A stretch of DNA of 37,752 nt from Deltaproteobacteria bacterium TL4. GTDB taxonomy: Bacteria > SAR324 > NAC60-12. The notes beneath the pieces were generated by a model. That model saw only the letters and a program-made list of their open reading frames with translations. It made no database searches and was not told the origin of the DNA. Below are positions 20,314 through 29,099 of this stretch, one piece after another. A program made the position numbers and the translations under genes. The DNA lies in contig JBBCAX010000133.1 in NCBI GenBank assembly GCA_051382335.1, positions 1 through 37,752 of the forward strand, given 5' to 3'. Position 1 is the first letter of the stretch, and every line of letters starts with the position of its first letter.

Positions 20314-22170
20314 TTACTGATTAAAGGTGGAATATTGTTTAAGCAGATTACCGGAATTTAAAATCACAAGGAAGGCGCCTCCATTGTGAAGGATGGCTGC
20401 TGAAATGGGGGAAAAAAAGCCCAGGGCTGAAAGGGTTAATAAGGAAGCTCCCCAGATTATCGCAATCAGAAAGTTGATGTTGATCGTTTGGATTGTTTTT
20501 TTGGAAAGCTCGATTAACATCGGTAAACGGTCCAGGTTATTACTCATGAACGCGATATCAGCCGCTTTGATGGCAATGTCGCTGCCGCCTTTTCCCATGG
20601 CGATGCTGATGTCCCCTGCCGCCAAAGCCAGTGAATCATTGGTTCCATCACCCACCATACAGACAACTCGCTCTGCTGATTTTTCGATTGCAATTCGATC
20701 TAATTTTTCATGAGGCAAGTGATCCGCGAAAAACTCATCAAAGTTCAGTTCCTGGGCAATCTTTGCTGTAATTTCTTTTCGATCACCTGAGACCAGGATT
20801 AATCTTTCGACACCAATCGTTCTCAAGCGTTCCAAAATGTTTTTTACGTTAGGTCGAGGCGTATCAACGAAGATAAATCTTGCTAAAAAGGTTTTATTTT
20901 CTGCCAGCAAGACTTCTGTGTCAGGAGATGATTCCGGAAGCTCCGTTACTCCCATTTCCTCGAGCCAGCTTCGTCTTCCCATGATGAGGGCTTCCGCCAT
21001 CATGCCTTTGGCCTGTTGTTCTTTAACTCCCTCTAATTTCGCGGGGGAAACCTGATTTTTTTCACAATAGGCGATAATCGCCCGGCTGGCAGGATGTTTG
21101 GAATTATTGGCAAGACAGTAAGCCAGGGATAAAATTTTCTTCTGGTCCTTCGCTTCATTAAAATCAACAGACACCACCGAAAGCGCTCCATAGGTGACTG
21201 TCCCTGTTTTATCAAAAACAATCGTATCGATTTGAGAGGCCAGTTCTAAAAATTTTGTATCTTTAATCAGAATACCTAATCTGGAGAGAACCGCCAGGGA
21301 AGCGATTACCGCGCTGGAAGGTGCCAGTACAAAAGCGCAAGGGCAGGCAAAGATCAAAATGGTAATGGCCCTGATCATGTCATTAGTGTAATACCAGACA
21401 ATGACGCTCAGCATTAAAACCAAAGGCAGATACAATTTGGCATAACGATCAAAAATCTTCATGAGGGGCGACTTGGTTTTTTCCGCTTCCAGAAAAAGCG
21501 CTTCAATTTTTCCAAGAGCTGTTTCTTTGCCAAGCTTGGAAACCTTGGCCTTAAGGACTCCTGACAGGTTGGAGGTTCCCGCGAATATCGTTTTTCCTGG
21601 TGAGACATCAACAGGCAATGATTCCCCTGTAATCGTGGCCTGATTTAGGGTGGAGACGCCTTCTATGACTTCACCATCACAAGGAATCAGATCTCCAGGC
21701 ATGAGGAGAATCGTTTCGCCCACTTGTAATTGCTCCACATTCACCGTAATTTGCTGATCGCCTTCTATTTTAATCACCGTTTTGGCAGAGAGTTTTTTTA
21801 AGCCTTCAATCGCTTCACGGGCTCCGACAATACTCTTTTCCTCCAGAGCGTGGCTGAGGGTCATGGCAATGGGAACAATGGCCGCCGCCAGATAATCTTC
21901 AATCGCAATGGCGGCAATGACGGCCAGAAAAATGAGCGCTTCTGAATACTGAGGCACCTCCTGGGCCATGAAGGAATAGATGGCTCTGATAAAGATCGGA
22001 AACGATAGCATAAGAATGGATAGGAAAATCGCGAATAAGCCTATTTGCTGTTGGTCAGGATTGAAGTAATTAAACAGGTATCCATTGATTAAAAGACCCG
22101 TCCCCATAAAGGCCGTGGTCACGCGAATACTGATGTACTTGGGTTGTTGGGTGAATAAATCTAAATTCAT
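20314..22170 (-). CDS. P1B heavy-metal-translocating P-type ATPase without N-terminal metal-binding domain
   Basis: TGES, CPC, DKTGT, SKHP, GDGTND. Confidence 0.92.
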   Translation of the reverse strand: MNLDLFTQQPKYISIRVTTAFMGTGLLINGYLFNYFNPDQQQIGLFAIFLSILMLSFPIFIRAIYSFMAQEVPQYSEALIFLAVIAAIAIEDYLAAAIVPIAMTLSHALEEKSIVGAREAIEGLKKLSAKTVIKIEGDQQITVNVEQLQVGETILLMPGDLIPCDGEVIEGVSTLNQATITGESLPVDVSPGKTIFAGTSNLSGVLKAKVSKLGKETALGKIEALFLEAEKTKSPLMKIFDRYAKLYLPLVLMLSVIVWYYTNDMIRAITILIFACPCAFVLAPSSAVIASLAVLSRLGILIKDTKFLELASQIDTIVFDKTGTVTYGALSVVSVDFNEAKDQKKILSLAYCLANNSKHPASRAIIAYCEKNQVSPAKLEGVKEQQAKGMMAEALIMGRRSWLEEMGVTELPESSPDTEVLLAENKTFLARFIFVDTPRPNVKNILERLRTIGVERLILVSGDRKEITAKIAQELNFDEFFADHLPHEKLDRIAIEKSAERVVCMVGDGTNDSLALAAGDISIAMGKGGSDIAIKAADIAFMSNNLDRLPMLIELSKKTIQTININFLIAIIWGASLLTLSALGFFSPISAAILHNGGAFLVILNSGNLLKQYSTFNQ

Positions 22171-22225
22171 TTTTTTACGCGATAGATGTTGAGGATTGCG
22201 AAAAGAATAAGTAGTAAACCTTTGC

Positions 22226-22256
22226 TCTCGTTCCCAAGCTGGAGCTTGGGAACGAG
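22226..22256. repeat. REP-like palindrome TCTCGTTCCCAAGCT-GG-AGCTTGGGAACGAG(A)
   Basis: Perfect stem of about 14 bp in the spacer between the hflK-like gene and the ATPase. Confidence 0.7.
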
Positions 22257-22319
22257 AAGTTTTAAAAGTTATTCTTTTGTCGTTCCTTAGGAATGCGTTA
22301 TTGCCTGTCCCTTCCCCAA

Positions 22320-23294
22320 CTACTTCTGAGGTAGGATCTTGGGCGCCGCAGAAAAAACCCCTAAAAAGAGTCTAATCTTTGTCTGTTTTTCACTGGGTAC
22401 AAATATTTTATGATCCACATTACTGAAGATTTCCTGTATCGCATCGTAGTAAACCTGATCCAAAATCACCACAGGGCTTTTCTTCCATTCCTGGTAAATG
22501 GAAAAGAAAGCGGTTGTTTCCGAGTTTGCTTCTTGTAAAATGGTGTTTGCATACTGTTTGGCTTCTGAAAGCGTGTCGTTGGCTTGGACCTGAGCCTCCC
22601 GCAAGATCTTTTCCTCAAACGTTCGTGCTTCTTTGATCAGGGTTTGTTTTTGAATAGTGGCATCCTGTACTTTGGCAAAATCCCGAATTAAATTAAGCGG
22701 GGGAACAATTTCACGTAATTCCACACTAAGGACTTGGACACCAAGTTCCAATTGATCAATAATAATATTTGTTCTTTGCTTCACTAACTGGGTGAGTTGC
22801 TGCTTGGACGTGGATAACAACGAATCAATCTCAAAAGTGGCGATGGCTTTGATGAGTTCAGAACTGACAATATCTGTTACTAATTGTTGAAGATCTCCGG
22901 ATTTAAGGCGGAACAACACATTTTGTGGATTCGTAATCCTAAGTTTCACAATCGTCCTGGGCCGCACAAAGTATTGATCCTGTGTAATGCAGAAATCCTC
23001 TGAATTTTTCCAAAAAGACTGAATATCCAGTTCTATGATTTTTTTGACAGGAATCTTATAGATTTCATCAATGGGAGGTGGCAACGCGAAATGCATTCCG
23101 GCAGAAAAGGCGGTTGTGGTTGGAGACGACTCAACCAGGTTTCCAAAGCGGGAAATAAACCCCACTTCATCAGCTTCCACCGTAAAAATGCCACTCAAGG
23201 CATAGAGGGTTAAAATGATGCTGGTGATGATAGTGATGAGTCTTAATCCCAGTTGGATGCTTTCTATGATAAGGGGCGAAGTGGTTTTTCTCAT
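22320..23294 (-). CDS. HflK-like SPFH/Band 7 protein
   Basis: Single N-terminal TM, GIFTV..DEVG...RFG, GMHFALPPPIDE, coiled-coil with EA repeats. Confidence 0.82.
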   Translation of the reverse strand: MRKTTSPLIIESIQLGLRLITIITSIILTLYALSGIFTVEADEVGFISRFGNLVESSPTTTAFSAGMHFALPPPIDEIYKIPVKKIIELDIQSFWKNSEDFCITQDQYFVRPRTIVKLRITNPQNVLFRLKSGDLQQLVTDIVSSELIKAIATFEIDSLLSTSKQQLTQLVKQRTNIIIDQLELGVQVLSVELREIVPPLNLIRDFAKVQDATIQKQTLIKEARTFEEKILREAQVQANDTLSEAKQYANTILQEANSETTAFFSIYQEWKKSPVVILDQVYYDAIQEIFSNVDHKIFVPSEKQTKIRLFLGVFSAAPKILPQK

Positions 23295-23296
23295 GA

Positions 23297-24205
23297 CTAG
23301 GGTTGTGGCAAAATTTTAGGTTTACTTTGCAATAATTGAAATGGCGGTGAATCCGTTCTTAAGATGATGGAGGTTTTATTGGTCGTGATTTTTTTAAGGG
23401 ATTCCAGGGAACGGATCATTTCGTAAAACTCTGGAGATTTTTCATAAGCCTGAGCATAAATCCTGGAGGTTTCCGCTTCAGCGTTTCCCTTGAGGATGGC
23501 GGCTTCTTTATTAGCTTCCGTCACGATCTCCGAGCCTTTTAATTTGGCTTGAGTGCGTATTTTTTCAGCTTCGACCCTCCCCTCTTCAATATATTTGCTC
23601 ACCACAATTGAACGGTCGGCTTGCATCTGCCGAAAGACAGAAGCGATGTTTTCTTCGGGGACGGACAAGCGTTTGATGCCAATATATTTGATCTGAACTC
23701 CGTAAAGCGCCATTGCTTTTTCCTTAACCAGGGAATAGATATTCTCTTCCAGTTGACCCAATTTGTTATTTTCTCTTTCCGCAATGAAAAGTTCCGTAAA
23801 CATATAATTACCCAAGACCACGTTTTTGGTGTTGTTGACCAAACTATCCAGCTTCGTGAGAAAGGTGTTCACATCTCCCCGGACTGTTGTGTAAAATTTC
23901 AGCGCGTCTTCGATTTGCCATGCGACAAAAGTCAGGAGGATGATGTTTTTTTGATCCTTGGTCAGAAGTTCCGTTTTCTGTGTGTCATAGACCTGAACAC
24001 GGCTGGTGAACGTAATAAATTTATCAATAGGGTAAGGAAACTTAAAATAAAGCCCTGGTTGTTCGATCACATTAATGACTTTGCCAAAACGGGAAACCAC
24101 CACCAATTCCGACTGGTTGACGATTTTTGTACAGACTGTGGATAAAATAACCACGATGATTCCGATTCCCAAAAACAGTTTTAAAAATTTTGTTAAGTTT
24201 TTCAT
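23297..24205 (-). CDS. HflC-like SPFH protein
   Basis: VVSRFGK, PGLYFKFPYPI, LTKDQKN, IKR, M.ADR, AY.KSPEFY..RSLE. Confidence 0.88.
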   Translation of the reverse strand: MKNLTKFLKLFLGIGIIVVILSTVCTKIVNQSELVVVSRFGKVINVIEQPGLYFKFPYPIDKFITFTSRVQVYDTQKTELLTKDQKNIILLTFVAWQIEDALKFYTTVRGDVNTFLTKLDSLVNNTKNVVLGNYMFTELFIAERENNKLGQLEENIYSLVKEKAMALYGVQIKYIGIKRLSVPEENIASVFRQMQADRSIVVSKYIEEGRVEAEKIRTQAKLKGSEIVTEANKEAAILKGNAEAETSRIYAQAYEKSPEFYEMIRSLESLKKITTNKTSIILRTDSPPFQLLQSKPKILPQP

Positions 24206-24217
24206 GATTTCTTTTCC

Positions 24218-25978
24218 TCAAAATTCATTTAAATTAAGCCAGATCTCTTCATCTTCTTTTTGGGTCAGAATGGTATGATCAATGATCGTGATTTTTGCCT
24301 TGGAAAACGCTTCTTGAAGGGTAGTGAGCAGTAACCGTCTCTCAAATAAATGGGGAGAAATTTTATAGGCATGATAGCGCAGCAAATAACTTTCGACCTT
24401 TCCTCTCGCCAGGGAAATTTTATGGTACCCCTCGCTTTTTTGTTGATCAACGATATTGTAGGAAGCCATCGTGGCTTGGGCAATGGTCCGGATTGCGTCT
24501 GATTTCGCTTCCAGTTTAAGGGTGGACGCTTTTATTTTAGCGGAAATCACTTGATGATAGCTGGCAGCCAAAGACGCGGGAGGATGCATTTCATTAATGG
24601 AAATATCGACGATCTTTACGCCCAATTGCACGGCTGTGGCCTTTTTTTGAATCTCTTGGGCGATCTGCTCCGCAAATTCATTTCGGTTTAACGTTAAGAG
24701 TTCCTCTATATTTCTGAACGCCGTTTGTTCGACTACGGTCTTAGAGCTGAGATTGAGCAAATAGTTTTCCGGGTCATGGTGCTGATAATGATACTGAAAC
24801 AGATCATCAATCTTATAATTGACATCCATATTGATCATCAGCAGTTCTTTTCCGTCTCCCAGCAAAAACTGATGATATTCCGTCCCCTTGTGAAGCGTAC
24901 CCCAGAGTAAATCCCTGACATCCGCACTCCCTTTGTAGCCTACAACCTGATGTTTAATCGCATCCGTATTGTAGACGATAATTTTTTCAAACGGAAACGG
25001 CCACTTAAAATAAAGTCCTGACGAAAGCGTAGCGGAAACAGGTCGGCCCAGTTGTTCCCGTATCCCCTGTTCTCCCTGATTGATTACAACCAGACACGTC
25101 ATGGACCAAAATAAAATCAGTTGCAATACGAAGAGGGGAAAGGCTACGGCTTTAATGAATGAAAAGAACCAAAGATGATCCAGGTTTATCCCAAATTGTT
25201 CTTTGATCCGATCCACAAACCTTAACTTAGATAGTTCACTACGAAATACGGAGGGCAAGATAATGCTGCTGAATAATGATGTTACCTGAAAGGGATAGGT
25301 TTTTAGCCGATAAACACTAAAGAGGGTATTCAGGGAATATTCAATAAGCATAACAAAAATAATAACAAGGACACTGTATTTTAAGAGGAGCGATAAACGA
25401 ACGATGCCCAAATCACCTAAAAGCAGAAAAATCGCCTGAAATGAAACGACCGTAAGCAGTAGTCTGAGATAAGGAAAAATCGAAAAGAGAGCGGTTTGTT
25501 CCATAGCCTTTGCAGCCAACAAGAGAAATCGGTTGAGAATATAGATTCCGAAGACAAAGCAGAGTAACACACCCGCGTAAATTTTGGAAAACGGTAAGTC
25601 TGGTTTTATGTCTGTTTTCTGACCCCAAAGATAAATGAAAAAAGTCCAGGCCATCCATAAGGTGAGCGTTGCGATTAACGGTGTGATTCGAAAGACATAA
25701 GAACTCAGTTGATAGTCCTGTGTATTTTCAAAAGGCAACGCTTCGGCCTCGTTTTTTTCGAGCTGAGTTCTTCTGTATATCTCAACTAAAAGCTCATTCT
25801 GGAAAACGATAAGCAGCACAACGGAATATAAAATGAACAGATAATGGAAAAGCAGCGTCTGATAATAGATTCCAAGAAATTGATTGAAAATGACCAAGCT
25901 TGTGAGGAAACCAAGCAGAACTAATTGCAGTCTGGAAAATTTTGCAAAGGAGTCATTTATTGAAATCGGAGTGTCCAC
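24218..25978 (-). CDS. HflK-like SPFH protein with a long multi-TM N-terminal domain
   Basis: About 290 aa of hydrophobic N-terminus, then GEQGIREQLG, GLYFKWPFP, LLGDG, HPP..A.SY..V.SA. Confidence 0.78.
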   Translation of the reverse strand: MDTPISINDSFAKFSRLQLVLLGFLTSLVIFNQFLGIYYQTLLFHYLFILYSVVLLIVFQNELLVEIYRRTQLEKNEAEALPFENTQDYQLSSYVFRITPLIATLTLWMAWTFFIYLWGQKTDIKPDLPFSKIYAGVLLCFVFGIYILNRFLLLAAKAMEQTALFSIFPYLRLLLTVVSFQAIFLLLGDLGIVRLSLLLKYSVLVIIFVMLIEYSLNTLFSVYRLKTYPFQVTSLFSSIILPSVFRSELSKLRFVDRIKEQFGINLDHLWFFSFIKAVAFPLFVLQLILFWSMTCLVVINQGEQGIREQLGRPVSATLSSGLYFKWPFPFEKIIVYNTDAIKHQVVGYKGSADVRDLLWGTLHKGTEYHQFLLGDGKELLMINMDVNYKIDDLFQYHYQHHDPENYLLNLSSKTVVEQTAFRNIEELLTLNRNEFAEQIAQEIQKKATAVQLGVKIVDISINEMHPPASLAASYHQVISAKIKASTLKLEAKSDAIRTIAQATMASYNIVDQQKSEGYHKISLARGKVESYLLRYHAYKISPHLFERRLLLTTLQEAFSKAKITIIDHTILTQKEDEEIWLNLNEF

Positions 25979-26002
25979 GGTTTGTCTTTTCCTGTTGTAA
26001 GG

Positions 26003-26635
26003 TCAAAATCGTTGTTTAAGATCCTGCCATAAACGCTTGAATCGATTTTCAAATAAGGACGCCTCAAAAGGGAGGAGGCCTTCGGCTACGGTTTTGTCTA
26101 ACGGAAACACCACCAACGTTCCGACTTCAGTGATTTGCTCGATTGAAACCGGAAGCTCGAATTGTGCCTTATCCGTTAACAGAGTCGCTGGATACAAGAG
26201 AGGTGTTCCTTCCCCCTCTATTTTCACCAGACCCCTGTAAGCGTCTTGCCCTGAAGAATAGATCCCTGTTTTGTGAAAGAGGTTTCTCTGGTCATAGAAC
26301 ATTTGGCCTTGTTGTTTCAACATTTTAAGTCTTACGCTAAAATAAATAAAACAAATTCCAATAGTTATGCCCAAGATTATAAAAATGGACAAGGGCTTGG
26401 CCACAAAGTCAAAAAAATAGATGACGGCCCCCAGTGAGCTCAGGAAAAACAGTAATTCATAGAGGTATCTCTTGACGATAGCTTTAAGAACCCTTTTATA
26501 GTTTCGTGTCTTTTTGCAAAAATAGAAATCTATGCTTATATTCCTGACGTAAAGAGGATCAAACGCTACCAGGAAGACCAGACTTAGCATACAGAGGAAA
26601 AAAAATGAAAAAGAAAGGGGAACTCCAAAAAACAT
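26003..26635 (-). CDS. Membrane protein, possibly short NfeD-like
   Basis: Three hydrophobic segments, then a beta-rich G.V..EGE..Y.A...V.I.....TLVV.P region resembling the NfeD OB fold; adjacent to SPFH genes. Confidence 0.5.
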   Translation of the reverse strand: MFFGVPLSFSFFFLCMLSLVFLVAFDPLYVRNISIDFYFCKKTRNYKRVLKAIVKRYLYELLFFLSSLGAVIYFFDFVAKPLSIFIILGITIGICFIYFSVRLKMLKQQGQMFYDQRNLFHKTGIYSSGQDAYRGLVKIEGEGTPLLYPATLLTDKAQFELPVSIEQITEVGTLVVFPLDKTVAEGLLPFEASLFENRFKRLWQDLKQRF

Positions 26636-26772
26636 AGGCTCTCTAAATCTAACTGGGGCGACTCATTTAAAGCTGAACAGAACGTAAGGTGGAACAAACG
26701 AACACTTGAACTCCTGCGTTTTTAAGCTTGGGGGGTCTGACGTGCGTCGTGTAGATAGAAACGCTGGTTTAA

Positions 26773-28251
26773 TCATGATTTGAGTTCTGCACCGGGTTGA
26801 GGAAGTCCCATTACCTGGGCATGGATAGATCTGGCGGCTTTGCGGCCTCCTCCCATGGCTTCAATGACAGTGGCACCCGCAACAATATCACCTCCAGCCC
26901 AAACGTTGGGGACACTGGTTTTCATGTTTTCATCGGTTTCGATATTTCCCCACTTGTTGAGTTTAAGATCTTTCATGGTCGAAATGAGGACAGGATTAGC
27001 ACTGGTTCCGATGGACATGATCACTTGGTCCGTTTCCATGATGAATTCCGAACCTTCAACCTCAACGGGCCGACGACGTCCACTGGAATCAGGTTCCCCA
27101 AGTTCCATACGGATGCACTCTATGGCTTTAACACGTCCCTTTTCACCCAGGATCCTGAGTGGATTATTCAAAAGTTTCAACACCACGCCTTCCTCCTCCG
27201 CATGGTGGATTTCCTCCGCACGGCATGGCATCTGCTCTCTGGCCCGTCGATAAACGATGGTGACTTCCGCTCCGAGGCGTCTTGCCGTTCGAGCAGCATC
27301 CATGGCTACGTTTCCACCCCCAACGACAACGACATGCTTTCCTGAAGGAAGCGGCGTGTCATACTCGGGAAAAAGGTAGCCCTTCATCAGGTTGGAACGG
27401 GTTAGATATTCGTTAGCAGAGAAAACGCCATTGAGATCCTCTCCCTCGATTTTCATGAATACAGGCAACCCCGCGCCGACACCAATGTAGATCGCTTCAA
27501 AACCCTCCTCAAACAATTCTTCAATGGTATAGGTCATCCCTATCACCGTATCGAGTTCGAAGGTCACTCCCTGTTTTTTCAGATATTCCACTTCGGCTTT
27601 GACGATACTTTTGGGAAGTCGAAACTCTGGAATTCCGTAGATCAAGACACCACCTGCTTCCTGCAACGCTTCAAAAATCGTGATTTCATGTCCCAGCAGT
27701 ACAAGATCGCCGGCAACGGTCAAGGAAGAAGGTCCGGATCCAATACAGGCTATTTTTTTCCCCGTGGGTTTTGCCCTTGGTGGAATTTCCACCAGACCAT
27801 GCTCTCGTTCATAATCCGCGACGAAGCGCTCCATCCTGCCTATTGCCACAGACTCAAATTTCTTGGTTAAAGTGCATCTTCCTTCACACTGGGATTCCTG
27901 AGGGCAAACTCTACCGCAAATCGCCGGGAGGACGTTGGTTTCCTTGATTTTTCGAGCGGCTTCAGCAAACCGTCCTTCCGCCACCAAGTTGACAAATTCA
28001 GGAATATTCACCCCTACAGGACATCCCTCCATGCAGGGTTTTTTCTTACATTGAAGACATCTGAGGGCTTCCTGCATTGCGGTTTCTTCAGAAAACCCCA
28101 AGGGAACCTCCAGGAAGTTATTAGCCCGAATGCTTGGGTTCTGTTCAGGCATTTTATGGCGGGGAATCTGCATCCTCTCTTTCTGCGAGAGCGTATTTTT
28201 CTTCAGCGATTCCACAGGGGATCCTTCTGATTGTTTTTTTTCTTCGGTCAT
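26773..28251 (-). CDS. nfnB: NfnB / GltD-like large subunit of NADH-dependent ferredoxin:NADP+ oxidoreductase
   Basis: RCLQC..PC..GCPV, CGRVCPQESQCE, GSGPS, YGIPEFRLPK, GGGNVAMDAAR, YRR, AGGD; follows nfnA. Confidence 0.85.
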   Translation of the reverse strand: MTEEKKQSEGSPVESLKKNTLSQKERMQIPRHKMPEQNPSIRANNFLEVPLGFSEETAMQEALRCLQCKKKPCMEGCPVGVNIPEFVNLVAEGRFAEAARKIKETNVLPAICGRVCPQESQCEGRCTLTKKFESVAIGRMERFVADYEREHGLVEIPPRAKPTGKKIACIGSGPSSLTVAGDLVLLGHEITIFEALQEAGGVLIYGIPEFRLPKSIVKAEVEYLKKQGVTFELDTVIGMTYTIEELFEEGFEAIYIGVGAGLPVFMKIEGEDLNGVFSANEYLTRSNLMKGYLFPEYDTPLPSGKHVVVVGGGNVAMDAARTARRLGAEVTIVYRRAREQMPCRAEEIHHAEEEGVVLKLLNNPLRILGEKGRVKAIECIRMELGEPDSSGRRRPVEVEGSEFIMETDQVIMSIGTSANPVLISTMKDLKLNKWGNIETDENMKTSVPNVWAGGDIVAGATVIEAMGGGRKAARSIHAQVMGLPQPGAELKS

Positions 28252-28253
28252 AA

Positions 28254-29099
28254 CTAGTTTTCAGTTCCTCCAAGTTTACACTTATGGAATTGATAAGAGA
28301 TACTTTCATCAGTGATATACGCGCCTTTTCTGTTAAACAAAACATCCCAGTTGACCTGATGTCCATCAAAGTCAGGCCCATCTACACAAGCGTATTTGAC
28401 AGAGTCCTGAGTCACCACCCTGCAACCTCCGCACATTCCTGTGCCGTCAACCATCAGGGTATTCAGACTGACCACCGTTTTTATTTTCTGGGCGCGTGTG
28501 GATTCAGAACACATCATCATCATGAACGCGCAACCGACAAAGTAAGCGTAATCGATTTGTTCTCCTTTTTCGATAAGCTGTCCCACGACTTTCCAGGCAT
28601 GACCCCGTGTTCCTTCAGAACCATCAGAGGTGCATAAAATCACTTCATCCGCAACGTCTTTCAGTTTTTCCTCATTATAGAGCAAATAGGAAGTTCGTGC
28701 TTCAATGATCGCGATGACTCGGTTGCCCCAATTTTTTAGGGATCTTGCCAAGGGGTAAATGGCTCCACAACCATAACATCCTCCAGCCAGTACCACTGTT
28801 CCAAAATGATTCAGTTCGGTTGGTTTTCCTAACGGACCAACCAGCGAATACAGTTGATCACCTGGTTTCAGTTTGGTCATTTTCATGGTGGTCACACCCG
28901 CTTCAAGATAGAAGATGGTAATTGTTTTGGCCTCAGGATCCCAGTCAGCAATGGTGAAAGGGACTCGTTCCCCTTCGGGAGTTGGTATGGTTAATATAAA
29001 TTGACCCGGTTTTGCTTTTTGAGAAATTCTGGGAGCCTCAATCACCATGCGATAGACGTTGGGTACGATCGGCTCATTGACCAGGATCTGTCCTTTCAC
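28254..29099 (-). CDS. nfnA: NfnA (SudB/PyrK-like) small subunit
   Basis: PGQF, GERVPFTIAD, VGPLG, MVDGTGMCGGCRV, ACVDGPDFDGH. Confidence 0.88.
   Translation of the reverse strand: MKGQILVNEPIVPNVYRMVIEAPRISQKAKPGQFILTIPTPEGERVPFTIADWDPEAKTITIFYLEAGVTTMKMTKLKPGDQLYSLVGPLGKPTELNHFGTVVLAGGCYGCGAIYPLARSLKNWGNRVIAIIEARTSYLLYNEEKLKDVADEVILCTSDGSEGTRGHAWKVVGQLIEKGEQIDYAYFVGCAFMMMMCSESTRAQKIKTVVSLNTLMVDGTGMCGGCRVVTQDSVKYACVDGPDFDGHQVNWDVLFNRKGAYITDESISYQFHKCKLGGTEN

Noticed and set aside
26773..28251. Glutamate synthase small subunit (gltD)
   Set aside because: No gltB nearby; pairing with an NfnA-type gene favours NfnB.
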